NCBI GenBank assembly: GCA_964484595.1
Contig: CAZAHC010000001.1
Location: forward strand, 1 to 44,126
Direction: 5' to 3'
Length of the DNA: 44,126 bases
Source: an uncultured Fibrobacteraceae bacterium
GTDB taxonomy: Bacteria > Krumholzibacteriota > Krumholzibacteriia > LZORAL124-64-63
This document shows, piece after piece, positions 27,374 to 36,561 of this stretch (positions within the stretch are counted from its first letter, which is position 1; each line of letters starts with the position of its first letter). The notes beneath the pieces are model-generated. The model did not search any database. It saw only the letters and a list, made by a program, of their open reading frames with translations, and had not been told where the DNA came from. The translations under genes and the position numbers were made by a program.

Positions 27374-29041
27374 TCAGGGCAAGACGAGTTCGCCGAGGGT
27401 CTGCCGCTTGTTGGGCGCCTCCGGATCGGCGAACTCGAAGAGCTGCCGCTGCTCGACCTGCGGGGCGGTTTCGGGAAGCAGGACGGCCAGCCGCGTTTGC
27501 ACCTCCGGCGCCAGCTCCGAGGTGATGAAAACCCGTGATCCTGATCCGAGAGCGACGGCCGCCGCTTCCCCCGCCGCGGCCAGGATCGACTGCTCGGGGT
27601 CGTAGCGATCCGACCGGGGCGGCGGCACCCCGAAGACGGTCATCTGCGGGCAGTGGTAGTCGACGCAGAGCCAGAGCCGATCCTCCCGCAGGATCACCAC
27701 GTCCCCCTCCCGGTACATCTGCCGCAGGTTCGTCAGGAGCGGCTGCTGCTCATCGCTGCGCCGGTGCTTGGGCAAGATCCCCCCGAGGAGATTGCCGGCC
27801 AGCAACCCGCAGACCACAACCAGAGGTACCAGTCTGGAAACAACCCCCAGTCTGCCGGCTCGGGTCTGGGGCCGTTGCCCCCAGCCCAGACCCGCCAGCA
27901 AGAGGAGACAGGGAACCACCGGCGCCCAGAACTTCCGGTTGCCTGGCTCCCACCAGATGGCCGCCGCCCCGAACACGGCCGCAAAGGCAAGCAGGAGCAG
28001 CAGTTGTCGCCGCCGCTCCCCTCCCGCGGTCCGGGCGAAAATAAGAGCCAGCACCAGGCCCCAGACCAGGAAAACGGCCAGGACCCCGATCGGCACCAGA
28101 GCCAGCCAGTAGCCGGTGCCGGGGATCGCGCCCTCGAAGAAGTAAGCCTTCAGGGCGTTGCCGCTCAGAAAGGCCAGGGTCAGCCCCCGCAGGGCGGCGG
28201 TCGAGAAAATCAGATCAGCCCGCCCGTAAACACCCGCGAACTCCTCCAGGTACCCGGTGGACCAGGCCAGGAAACGGACCGGATCCACCCGGTCCAGCGC
28301 CACCAGGGCCCCCAGCCCGTACAGCAGCAGAACCGCCCCCAGGCAAATGACCAGGAAGAGTGCGACTCGCCCGGACCTGCTGCCTGGTGGCGTCCTGAAC
28401 CAGATGACGACCGCGGAGATGGGGATCACGAAAATGAGGGCCTGGTGCACCAGCACGCCGAATACGTTGGCCAGTCCCAGCCACCTGACGCTGCCGGGCG
28501 TGGCTTCGGTCCGGCCCAGCAGGTCGAGCAGGAGGTAGAGGTTCAGGCAGGAGAAGCAGAGGAAGAAGGCGACGGGTTCACCCTGGCTCGCATAGTGCCA
28601 GGGCAGGTAGCTGAACCCGAAGCAGAGCAGGAAAACCCAGCCCAGAAATCCCCGCCCCACCAGCAAGACGGCACACCGGGCGAAGGCGATCAGCGCGCCG
28701 AGCGAACCGATCAGGCTGAAGGACTTAACGAGCGAATCGGCGGCGCCGCCGTAACCGAGCGCCCACCACATCTCGCACCACAGCTTGACCGCCGGCTCGT
28801 AGAGCAGATGGTGCGGATGAAGAAAATGCCCCCCCCAGGCGGAAGTCATGTCCCGGAAGTAGTAAAGGGCATCGATGGAAGCGACGCGCGAGCGGGTCAG
28901 CAGGTATACCGCACCGAAGCCCAGGATGATCACCAGGTATCTGACCCGATTGGTGGAAGAAAGGGGGCTTTCAGAGACCACCTGTTTCCCCTCGCTGGCA
29001 ATTCGCCGGATGGTTGGCAGATTCCAGGACAAAGCTAGCAA
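27374..29041 (-). CDS. large polytopic membrane protein, GT-C-fold glycosyltransferase-like
   Basis: The 555-aa protein has 12 or more TM segments. An acidic/aromatic first loop (IDALYYFRDM) and a soluble C-terminal domain give an architecture like the ArnT/PMT/DUF2723-type enzymes. The start (TTG 29041) is uncertain. Confidence 0.55.
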   Translation of the reverse strand: MLALSWNLPTIRRIASEGKQVVSESPLSSTNRVRYLVIILGFGAVYLLTRSRVASIDALYYFRDMTSAWGGHFLHPHHLLYEPAVKLWCEMWWALGYGGAADSLVKSFSLIGSLGALIAFARCAVLLVGRGFLGWVFLLCFGFSYLPWHYASQGEPVAFFLCFSCLNLYLLLDLLGRTEATPGSVRWLGLANVFGVLVHQALIFVIPISAVVIWFRTPPGSRSGRVALFLVICLGAVLLLYGLGALVALDRVDPVRFLAWSTGYLEEFAGVYGRADLIFSTAALRGLTLAFLSGNALKAYFFEGAIPGTGYWLALVPIGVLAVFLVWGLVLALIFARTAGGERRRQLLLLLAFAAVFGAAAIWWEPGNRKFWAPVVPCLLLLAGLGWGQRPQTRAGRLGVVSRLVPLVVVCGLLAGNLLGGILPKHRRSDEQQPLLTNLRQMYREGDVVILREDRLWLCVDYHCPQMTVFGVPPPRSDRYDPEQSILAAAGEAAAVALGSGSRVFITSELAPEVQTRLAVLLPETAPQVEQRQLFEFADPEAPNKRQTLGELVLP

Positions 29042-29163
29042 CGGCCGTTGACCGGATCAACCGCAGACCGCAGACCGGGTGGGATTGGCCGGAGGGGCCG
29101 GAATCTCCTATAATCGAACCCCCTGGTGCGGCCGGTGACCGGCCGGCCGGCTGAGAGGAGCAA

Positions 29164-30402
29164 ATGTCCGGGAAGGTCCTTCACCTGCTCTCGCAGAGAC
29201 CGTTGCTCACCGGCAGCGGGATCACCCTGGATGCCCAGGTCAGCTGCGCCAGCGCCGCCGGCTGGCAGCAGCGGGTGGTTTGCGGGATCCCTGCTGCCGA
29301 CCCGACCCCGGCGGTGGGAGACCTCCGGCCCGAGCACATCCACCCCCTGCTCTTCGAGACGCCCGACCTGGATTTCCCCCTGCCGGGAATGAGCGACGTG
29401 ATGCCCTATCGGAGCAGCCGCTTCTCCGCCCTCACGGCCGGCCAGCTCGACGGGTACCGCGATTCCTGGCGGCGGCACCTCGACGGGGTCCTGGCCAGCT
29501 TCCTTCCCGACGTGATCCATTCTCACCACGTCTGGTTGCTGAGCGCGCTGATCAAGGACCTGGCCCCGGAACTCCCCCTTGTCATCCAATGCCACGCCAC
29601 CGGGCTTCGCCAGATGGAACTTTGCCCCCACCTGGCCGAGGAGGTTTGCCTGGGGTGCCGGCGAGGCGACGGCTTCCTCGTCCTGCACCGCGGCCACGCC
29701 CGGGAGCTGGCTCGCCGGCTGGACGTGCCGGCAGGCAGGATCCACCTCGTCCGCACCGGGTTCCGCGAGGATCTGTTTCATGCGGCGGGCCTGGCCGCCG
29801 ATCGTTCCGGCCAGCTCCTCTACACCGGCAAGTACAGTGCAGCCAAGGGGCTCCCCGCGCTGCTCGACGCAGTGGAGGGTCTTTCAAGGCGTTTCCCCGG
29901 GATCCGCCTGCACGTGGCGGGCGGCGGCGCTGGCGAGCAGGCCGACCGGCTGCGGCGACGTATGCAGGCCCTCGCGCCGGTCGTCGTTCTGCACGGGCAG
30001 CTCCCGCAGGCCGAGCTCGCCGACCTGATGCGGCGCTGCGCCGTCTGCGTGCTGCCCTCCTTCTTCGAGGGAGTGCCCCTGGTGCTGGTCGAGGCGCTGG
30101 CGTGCGGCTGCCGTCTGGTGGCCACCGCCCTGCCCGGGGTGGAGGCGGAACTCGCGCCCCATCTCGGAAGCAACCTGGATCTCGTGCCACTTCCCCCGCT
30201 GCTGGGCCCGGATCAACCGGACCCACAGGGCCTGCCCACCTTCGTCGCCCGGCTGGAGACCACCCTGGGCGCCGCCCTGGCGAGACGACCGCTGGACGGC
30301 TCGAACCTGCCCCGGCCGGAGGCGCTGGACCCCTTCACCTGGCGAGCGGCCTTCGCGAGAGTGGAGGCGATATGGCGGGAGAGCTCAGGGAGCTCAGGCT
30401 GA
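29164..30402 (+). CDS. GT4-family (GT-B fold) glycosyltransferase
   Basis: The RBS is GAGAGGAG. Supporting stretches are GSGITLDAQ, LLYTGKYSAAKGL and VLPSFFEGVPLVLVEALACGCRLVAT (the EX7E region). Confidence 0.85.
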   Translation: MSGKVLHLLSQRPLLTGSGITLDAQVSCASAAGWQQRVVCGIPAADPTPAVGDLRPEHIHPLLFETPDLDFPLPGMSDVMPYRSSRFSALTAGQLDGYRDSWRRHLDGVLASFLPDVIHSHHVWLLSALIKDLAPELPLVIQCHATGLRQMELCPHLAEEVCLGCRRGDGFLVLHRGHARELARRLDVPAGRIHLVRTGFREDLFHAAGLAADRSGQLLYTGKYSAAKGLPALLDAVEGLSRRFPGIRLHVAGGGAGEQADRLRRRMQALAPVVVLHGQLPQAELADLMRRCAVCVLPSFFEGVPLVLVEALACGCRLVATALPGVEAELAPHLGSNLDLVPLPPLLGPDQPDPQGLPTFVARLETTLGAALARRPLDGSNLPRPEALDPFTWRAAFARVEAIWRESSGSSG

Positions 30403-30407
30403 CCGGC

Positions 30408-30436
30408 TTGACGCGAGCCGAGCCACGGGGTACAAT
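30408..30436 (+). promoter_or_regulatory. sigma70-type promoter TTGACG-N17-TACAAT
   Basis: The -35 box is at 30408..30413 and the -10 box at 30431..30436, about 115 nt upstream of the lipoprotein gene start. Confidence 0.5.
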
Positions 30437-30551
30437 CAATCCGGGCTCTTCTCGTCAAGCCAAACCGCGGTAGAGGAGGAACTGGCAGGCGTCCGGCCGG
30501 GCTCGTTCCGGACGCGGCGGAGTCTCTTCTCCACGGCAGGAAAGAGCAGCC

Positions 30552-31193
30552 ATGAAAAAGAGAATTGCCTTACTCTCGTTGTTGATCTTGCTGGCCCTGT
30601 TCGCCGGCGCTTGCCAGAACGACAACCCCATTTGCACTCCCGGCGAGAGCGAGGATGAGACCGGGGACCCGACCGCGGTTGCGGGCAAGGGCCCCGATCC
30701 CTACCTCGACCTGCAGTGGCAGATCCACCTGCAAGAACTCTGGGATTACAGCAACAGCGTTGTGTACGACACCCTCACCGGCACGTTCACCATCGATTCG
30801 GACTGGGTCCTGAGCGACTACCCCGACACCTGGGGGCCGGATTATCTCTTCACCATCTCGATTCCCGCCGGCGCGGTCGAGGGACAGCCGGGGACAACCA
30901 TCGCCATCACCCTTCTGGTTCCCACCTTCAATCGCCTGCACAACCACGCGGTGTACAAGCTCCAGCCCGATCTCCAGTTCAACGAGCCGGTCACCGTGAG
31001 CCTCTGCTATCCGTTCTGGCTGGACCCCATCTCCTGGTACCGGAAGTTCTGCTTCTTCCCGATCAGCGAGGATCCCCTGTTGATGGGCCACAGCGATCTT
31101 CAGGTCGATCGGGCCGACGAGCTCGGCGGGGTCATCCGCGTGACCTTCAACACCTTCCACTTCTCACGGTGGGCGCTCGAGGAAGGGAAATAG
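30552..31193 (+). CDS. lipoprotein, unknown function
   Basis: The N-terminus MKKRIALLSLLILLALFAGAC has a lipobox (LFAGAC). No domain was recognised. Confidence 0.75.
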   Translation: MKKRIALLSLLILLALFAGACQNDNPICTPGESEDETGDPTAVAGKGPDPYLDLQWQIHLQELWDYSNSVVYDTLTGTFTIDSDWVLSDYPDTWGPDYLFTISIPAGAVEGQPGTTIAITLLVPTFNRLHNHAVYKLQPDLQFNEPVTVSLCYPFWLDPISWYRKFCFFPISEDPLLMGHSDLQVDRADELGGVIRVTFNTFHFSRWALEEGK

Positions 31194-31200
31194 CTGGGTT

Positions 31201-31230
31201 AACCCGGATTATTCATGAATTATCCGGGTT
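31201..31230. repeat. 30-nt near-perfect palindrome that fills the gap between two convergent stop codons
   Basis: AACCCGGATTATTCATGAATTATCCGGGTT is self-complementary except for one central-flank T:T pair. It has no U tracts, so it is a hairpin or binding site rather than a canonical terminator. Confidence 0.7.
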
Positions 31231-34200
31231 CTAGCCACTTCCACCGATGAGGCGGTAATAGGCCCAGAAGTAAGGATGTTCCCAGCGCCCGCCGGCGGCG
31301 CGCACGTCCTGCTGGGCCATCCTCAACGCCACCGCCTTGGTTTCACCGGCGAGCCAGTGGCCGTAGAAGCGTTCGGCCAGGAAGCGGGAGGCCTCGTCGT
31401 CGACCCGCAGGGTCGAGGCGATCACCGAGCGAGCGCCCGCCTGCAGGAACGCGCCCGCAAAATCCATCAGGCCGGTGCTGGCCCCGGAAAGCCGCCGCGA
31501 CGCCTCGCAGCAGGACAGGTAGACCAGGTCCGCGTTCAGAACCAGCTTGCCGACGGCGGGGATCGTCAGCTGCGGGGCTCCTTCCCCCCCGGCGAACCGG
31601 ATGGTCGAACGGGTCGGCAAGCCCTGAAAAGCGACGGCGTGGGTGGCGATGTGAAGCACCGCGAAGCGCTCCAGGCCCGAGCCGGCCACCTGGTCCCAGC
31701 TCGCCTCCCGGCCGACCCTGAGGACCGCCTCGCCTCCGGACCAGAGGTCGGCCACACCCCTGGCCTCGGACTCGGCGTGATGCAGGGCGCGTGAACCCGC
31801 CGCCGGCAGGCCCCTATCAGCGCTGTCGATGCCCAGAGCCAGCAGCGACCCACGGCCCACCGGGATTCGGCCAGGCGGCACGGCCTCCTCCAGCCCGAAG
31901 GAGACCAGGCAGGGCGCCTCGACCACCGGGCCGTGGTCCAGGGCCACCTTCGCCCCGGCGGAGTCCGCGGGCCGGGGCAGGAAGAGTCCGCTCCAGGGCA
32001 TGCCGAACAGCAGATCGTCCGGGATGATCAGGAGCGTCGAGCCCTCGCGCCAGTGGGAAACCACCGGTCCCAGTAGAACCTGGCCCAGGCGATGGGCGGC
32101 CCCGGGTTCGACCGGGCGGGCGGGGTTCTCCATGTCCGCCAGCGTGGGCAGAAGCAACTCGTTGAGTTCCCGGCGCGCAGGCAGGGCGAGCAGGTCCACC
32201 CGTCCGGCGGCAACCACCCAGGCAAAGGACCGCGTCCTGCCGACGAAAAAGGCCAGCAACGGGGATCGGCGCTGGTCCAGCAGCACCTGGAGGACCGGCC
32301 CGGGATCGCCCCCCCTCCCGCGCCCGCTCCCTCCGTGGCGATTCTGCTCGGCCAGCAGGAAGGTGTGCCGGCCGAGATCCTCTGCCGGCAGAAGCTCCGC
32401 ATGGTCGAGATAAAGACCGATCAGAGCCTCCGTGGCGTCCCGAAGGAGGTTCCCGCAGAACGAGCGCAGCTCGCCGACCTGGGACCGTCCCTCCTCCTCC
32501 CGGCCCAGCTCCAGCGCCCGCAGGAACGACACCTCGGCCCGGCGCCACTCGCCGAGGGCCGCCTGCGCCAGACCGGTCTCGACCTCCAGCCGGGCCCGCA
32601 GGTCGGCGGGGGAACGGCTGACACAGAGACCGCGAGCACGCTCGAAGTAGGCGAGAGCCTCGGCGAACTCCCCGGCCCGGGAACAGGACATGCCGAGGAA
32701 GAGGAGCGAGGAGAGCCTGGTCCGGAAACGGCCACCGAAGGCGGAATCGGCGCCGTGGTCCAGGAAGAGTTCCCGCGCCTGGACGAATTTTTCTTCCAGG
32801 AGCAGGACGTGTCCGAAGTGAAAGCGACTCCTGGCCAGCTGGTCGGAATTTCCCGCCTCCCCGGCCAGGGAGAGACTGGCGGCGAAGGATTCCCGGGCCG
32901 AACCGATGTCCCCGCGCAGGAGGGCGAGTTCCCCGGCGCTACGCAGGTACTCCCACTCCTGGCCGGTCCCGCCGCCGGCCGCCACCGCCTCCCGGGCCCG
33001 GACGTGGGCTTCGGCGGCCAGGCGGAACTCACCCTGGCGAGCCAGGAAATCGGCGGTGGCGATCTCGAAATCGGCCACCAGGTTCTTGTCGGGTTCGCTG
33101 TCGTGGAGAACGCCCCGCAGCTGCCGGAGCCGGTCGATGGCGCGGTAGGCGACCTCCGCCTGTCCTCGCTCCAGCCCTTGCCGGATCAGCCTCAACAGAA
33201 GCTCGGCCTCGTCGACGGCGAGGCTGGCGACCGACAGCCCGGCCCGGGCCTCGCTCAGCAACGATTCGGCGGCCGCGTAATCACCGATCTGGCAGAAATA
33301 CTCCGCCTCGAACCGAGGCAACAGGGCGCGGTTTCGCGGGTGGGGGAAGAGGTCCACCCAACTGCGCGCGCGGCGCAGGTAGACCCGGCAGGAATCGAGT
33401 TGCCCCAGCAGGCGGAAATCGTCGGCGATGTTCACCAGGCTGCGCGGCGTGTTCATCGAGTCGGCCACCGCCAGGTTGTACCCGAATACCATCCGGTCGA
33501 TCTCAAGGGCTTGCTCGGGACGGCCGAGGTTACCGCACACCGAAGCGGCCAGGTCGGCGCTGTGGGCATAGAGCCAGGGATAGTTGCCGGCCGCGGCGGC
33601 GGCCAGGCACTCCTCCAGGATCGCCAGGGCCTCGCCGTATTCCCGCCTGGTGGCCAGTATGTTCGCGATCGTGACCCGGGAGCGGAGTGTGCAGTAGGCG
33701 GAGCCGGATCTTCCCGCCATGGCGCCGCTCAGGGCGGCGGCGTGCAAGGCATCGTCCAGCCGGTCGTCCCGGAGCAGGAACCGGGCGATATCGAGCCAGA
33801 GGTAATATTCGGCGAAACACCCACCCAGAGCCCTGGCCTGCCGAATCCCGCCCAGCAAACGCTCGACCGCAGCGAGGTTCCGGCCGGCGTGACTCTCGAC
33901 CAGGGCCAGCTTGCGCTCCAGCCAGATCTGTTGCAGCGAATCGAGACCCGCCCGGCCCCGTTCGGCCCGGCGATAAAACTCCCCCCGATCACCGTACCGG
34001 TAAAAACGTCGTCCCCTTACGAAGGCGCCAACCGGCCCGGTGGTGTCCGCCAGGGCCGGCAGGGCATACATCTCGTTGCGTTCTCCGGTCCGCCGCAGCA
34101 GACCATTGTACCTGGTCGCCAGACCGATCCAGAGGAAATTCTCGGGATCGGACCGCCAGAGGGCATACAGCTCGTCCCCCGCCTCTTGCCGGGAAGCAGG

Positions 34201-34482
34201 CCGCTTGATCCGCACTGCCAGGTCCCGGTACCGCTTCACATCCCGTACCGTCCGGTTCGTCGGCCGGGTTTCCGGCAGGGAGGAGTATCCCGCGGCGATG
34301 GCGGCTTGCAGGTCCGCCGACAGGGGAACCCCCTGCAGATCGAAGAAGGGGGACGGCCCCCCCTCCGGTTCGGCCTGCCGCTCGCCGCAGCCCGGTAGGG
34401 CCAGCAGCGCCACCGCCAGGAACAACCAGGACCAGGTCCGGGCCGCCGCGACGAAACTCGCCTGTCCTCCGCAAACCGTCAC
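31231..34482 (-). CDS. TPR-repeat / CHAT-domain (caspase-like peptidase) protein, probable lipoprotein
   Basis: The C-terminal CHAT region has VLHIATHAV and LVYLSCCEAS (His/Cys dyad) and ends HPYFWAYYRLIGGSG. The long N-terminal region is TPR-like. The likely start is GTG 34482, giving MTVCGGQASFVAAARTWSWLFLAVALLALPGC. The track start at 34572 overlaps the sigma gene. Confidence 0.85.
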   Translation of the reverse strand: MTVCGGQASFVAAARTWSWLFLAVALLALPGCGERQAEPEGGPSPFFDLQGVPLSADLQAAIAAGYSSLPETRPTNRTVRDVKRYRDLAVRIKRPASRQEAGDELYALWRSDPENFLWIGLATRYNGLLRRTGERNEMYALPALADTTGPVGAFVRGRRFYRYGDRGEFYRRAERGRAGLDSLQQIWLERKLALVESHAGRNLAAVERLLGGIRQARALGGCFAEYYLWLDIARFLLRDDRLDDALHAAALSGAMAGRSGSAYCTLRSRVTIANILATRREYGEALAILEECLAAAAAGNYPWLYAHSADLAASVCGNLGRPEQALEIDRMVFGYNLAVADSMNTPRSLVNIADDFRLLGQLDSCRVYLRRARSWVDLFPHPRNRALLPRFEAEYFCQIGDYAAAESLLSEARAGLSVASLAVDEAELLLRLIRQGLERGQAEVAYRAIDRLRQLRGVLHDSEPDKNLVADFEIATADFLARQGEFRLAAEAHVRAREAVAAGGGTGQEWEYLRSAGELALLRGDIGSARESFAASLSLAGEAGNSDQLARSRFHFGHVLLLEEKFVQARELFLDHGADSAFGGRFRTRLSSLLFLGMSCSRAGEFAEALAYFERARGLCVSRSPADLRARLEVETGLAQAALGEWRRAEVSFLRALELGREEEGRSQVGELRSFCGNLLRDATEALIGLYLDHAELLPAEDLGRHTFLLAEQNRHGGSGRGRGGDPGPVLQVLLDQRRSPLLAFFVGRTRSFAWVVAAGRVDLLALPARRELNELLLPTLADMENPARPVEPGAAHRLGQVLLGPVVSHWREGSTLLIIPDDLLFGMPWSGLFLPRPADSAGAKVALDHGPVVEAPCLVSFGLEEAVPPGRIPVGRGSLLALGIDSADRGLPAAGSRALHHAESEARGVADLWSGGEAVLRVGREASWDQVAGSGLERFAVLHIATHAVAFQGLPTRSTIRFAGGEGAPQLTIPAVGKLVLNADLVYLSCCEASRRLSGASTGLMDFAGAFLQAGARSVIASTLRVDDEASRFLAERFYGHWLAGETKAVALRMAQQDVRAAGGRWEHPYFWAYYRLIGGSG

Positions 34483-34560
34483 CCGTCCTCCCTGTTCGCC
34501 GGTGAACCAGGATCTCCAGGTTTCTGGACAAAAACCCACGGGATGGAATAACCTTGAATC

Positions 34561-35220
34561 ATGACCAATCAACCCAAACCGGCGCCCGGGAACGACCCCG
34601 ACCTTGCCCGTGCCGTTGCCGCTTACCTGGCCGGGGATGAATCGGCCGCGGACGGACTATACCACCTGCTGCACGGTCCGGTCCATGCCGAGGCCCAGCA
34701 GTTCCTGGCCCGGGACAACATCGATTTCGACGACATCGTCCAGGATTCCCTGCTGGCCGTGCTCGACTACGTGCGGAAGAACGGAGGTTTCTCGGGCGAT
34801 CTGATCAAGTTCGCGGTCACCGTCGTGCGGAACCGCTGCCGGAACCTCCTGAACTCCCGCCAGAGGTGGCGCCAGGTCCCGATCGAGACGTTGCGAGATC
34901 GGTTGACCTCCGCCCTTTTGCGTAACCCTCTGGAAGCGCTCGAGGACGCGGAAATCCGCGGCCTGGTGCAGGAGGCGCTCGACCAGCTCGGACCCGAGTG
35001 CCGAGCCCTGCTGCACGCCCTGTACCGCCAGGGCAAGGCGTGCAAGGAAATGATCGGTCCCCTGGGGTTGAAATCGGTGCACGGAGTGTACCGCCGCCGG
35101 TCGTCCTGTCTGCTGCAGCTGAATCGGATTGTCAAAAAACGCCTGGATATTTGTTCATCTCCCAAGGGGAAAAGGCCGCTGCGGTCCACCGGGACCGCCG
35201 GGCCCAAGGCCAGGAAGTGA
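34561..35220 (+). CDS. ECF-type sigma-70 family RNA polymerase sigma factor
   Basis: Region 2-like sequence is DDIVQDSLLAVLDYV and region 4-like is ECRALLHALYRQGKACKEMIGPLGLKSVHGVYRRRSSCLLQL. It is transcribed divergently from the CHAT gene. Confidence 0.85.
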   Translation: MTNQPKPAPGNDPDLARAVAAYLAGDESAADGLYHLLHGPVHAEAQQFLARDNIDFDDIVQDSLLAVLDYVRKNGGFSGDLIKFAVTVVRNRCRNLLNSRQRWRQVPIETLRDRLTSALLRNPLEALEDAEIRGLVQEALDQLGPECRALLHALYRQGKACKEMIGPLGLKSVHGVYRRRSSCLLQLNRIVKKRLDICSSPKGKRPLRSTGTAGPKARK

Positions 35221-35222
35221 TC

Positions 35223-35996
35223 ATGAGCCCCACCGACAACGACCCGGGTTTCTTCGAGTGCGTCGACCCCGCCGTCGGAGATCTGGTCTGGCGGTACAGC
35301 GAACCGGACCTGGATCCGGCCCTGCGTCGCAAGCTGACCGATCACGTGGCCATCTGTGACGCCTGCCGGTGGGACCTGGGCCTGGAACAGGCCGTCCTGT
35401 CCGGCCTGCAGGACCGGACCCTGCAGGTCGACCCTCCCCGGCAGGGTCTTTTCTCCCCCTTCCGGCACCGGCGCCGCGCCGCCGCCAGGTCCCTCCGGGC
35501 CGCCGGCGGACTGGCCCTGGCCGCCAGCCTGGCGCTGATGCTGCTCCTGTCTCCCTCCGCCCCCGACGGCGACCTCGTCGACCGTGGCGGAGATGACCTT
35601 CTCCGCATCCTCCGGCCCGTCGAGAGCGAGGTGGTTTTCCAGACCGGTCCCCGCATCGTCTGGACGCCGCTGCCGGACGCGGTCAGGTACAAGGTCACCC
35701 TGCGGCAGGCCGGCGGCTCGTTCGCCTGGATCGATTCCACCTCCGCCACCGAGATCCGGGTTCCCCGCAACGCCTCGCTGCCCCGTCGCGCCCGGATCCG
35801 CGCCTTCGTCGAGCCCTTCCCGCCCGACCTGGCGCCGCCCCGCGGCGTCAGCGTTTCCTTCCGCACGGGTTCTCCCGCCGCCTTCTTCCTCTACCGCCTG
35901 GGCGCCGCCCCGCCGCCGGTACGCTTGCTGGCCGTGGTGGGCCTGGGCCTGCTAGCCGCTGGCGTAATGTCCGCCTGGCTGCTGCGCCGGCCCTAG
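35223..35996 (+). CDS. putative anti-sigma factor (zinc-finger type), single-pass membrane protein
   Basis: ATG 35223 lies 2 nt after the sigma-gene stop. It has an HVAICDACRW (HX3CX2C) motif, a central TM (LALAASLALMLLL), a periplasmic domain and a second C-terminal hydrophobic segment. Confidence 0.65.
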   Translation: MSPTDNDPGFFECVDPAVGDLVWRYSEPDLDPALRRKLTDHVAICDACRWDLGLEQAVLSGLQDRTLQVDPPRQGLFSPFRHRRRAAARSLRAAGGLALAASLALMLLLSPSAPDGDLVDRGGDDLLRILRPVESEVVFQTGPRIVWTPLPDAVRYKVTLRQAGGSFAWIDSTSATEIRVPRNASLPRRARIRAFVEPFPPDLAPPRGVSVSFRTGSPAAFFLYRLGAAPPPVRLLAVVGLGLLAAGVMSAWLLRRP

Positions 35997-36215
35997 AAAA
36001 TCCGCACAAAACCTCCGCCCCATCTGTTCAGGGAATACGGCCAGGGCGAGGTCTTGCCTGGCTCCTGTGCAAACCGTTTCGACCAGTCGGACCGGAGCCT
36101 GGCCGAGGGAGAAGACGAGCCCCACGACGTACGCGGGAGCGTCGGCCCTCCGGCCGACGTCGATCACGGGCGCAATCCCGGCGCCTCTCCCGCCAGAAAG
36201 AACAGGAGTGTGACC

Positions 36216-36404
36216 ATGGGCGAGAAGAGTACCCCGAGGAAAATGATGCTAAACAAGGAGTCGGTTCGCGTTCTGACGGATCCTGACCTGAAACAGGCGA
36301 GCGGCGGCAGGCCCCCGGTGAGCAATTTCGTCTGCCTCTGGCTCACCCAGGCCTGTCCACCGGTCTTCACCGAGGTCGGTTGCTATACCGACCAATGCCG
36401 CTAG
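36216..36404 (+). CDS. 62-aa double-glycine-leader peptide with a 4-Cys core (bacteriocin/RiPP-precursor-like)
   Basis: AGGAG lies 7 nt before ATG 36216. The leader is MGEKSTPRKMMLNKESVRVLTDPDLKQASGG, which fits the LxxxELxxxxGG spacing at -12, -8/-7 and -2/-1. The core is RPPVSNFVCLWLTQACPPVFTEVGCYTDQCR. Confidence 0.55.
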   Translation: MGEKSTPRKMMLNKESVRVLTDPDLKQASGGRPPVSNFVCLWLTQACPPVFTEVGCYTDQCR

Positions 36405-36434
36405 CCACAACGGCCCGATCTTCGGTCCAAAAAA

Positions 36435-36463
36435 GCGAGGGGGGTGCTTCGCCCCCCCCTCGC
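36435..36463. terminator. GC-rich hairpin between convergent genes, with a U tract only for the minus-strand transcript (P5)
   Basis: GCGAGGGGGG (36435..36444) pairs with CCCCCCTCGC (36454..36463). An A6 run at 36429..36434 becomes U6 after the hairpin on the minus-strand RNA. Confidence 0.5.
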
Positions 36464-36561
36464 GGTTAGGCTCTATCTGATAATCCCCGGACCGAGTCGG
36501 GTGCGTCTGGCGACGGGAGAGGGTTTTCAGAGAGAGCCTAGTCCGGCCAGACGACCGCCGA

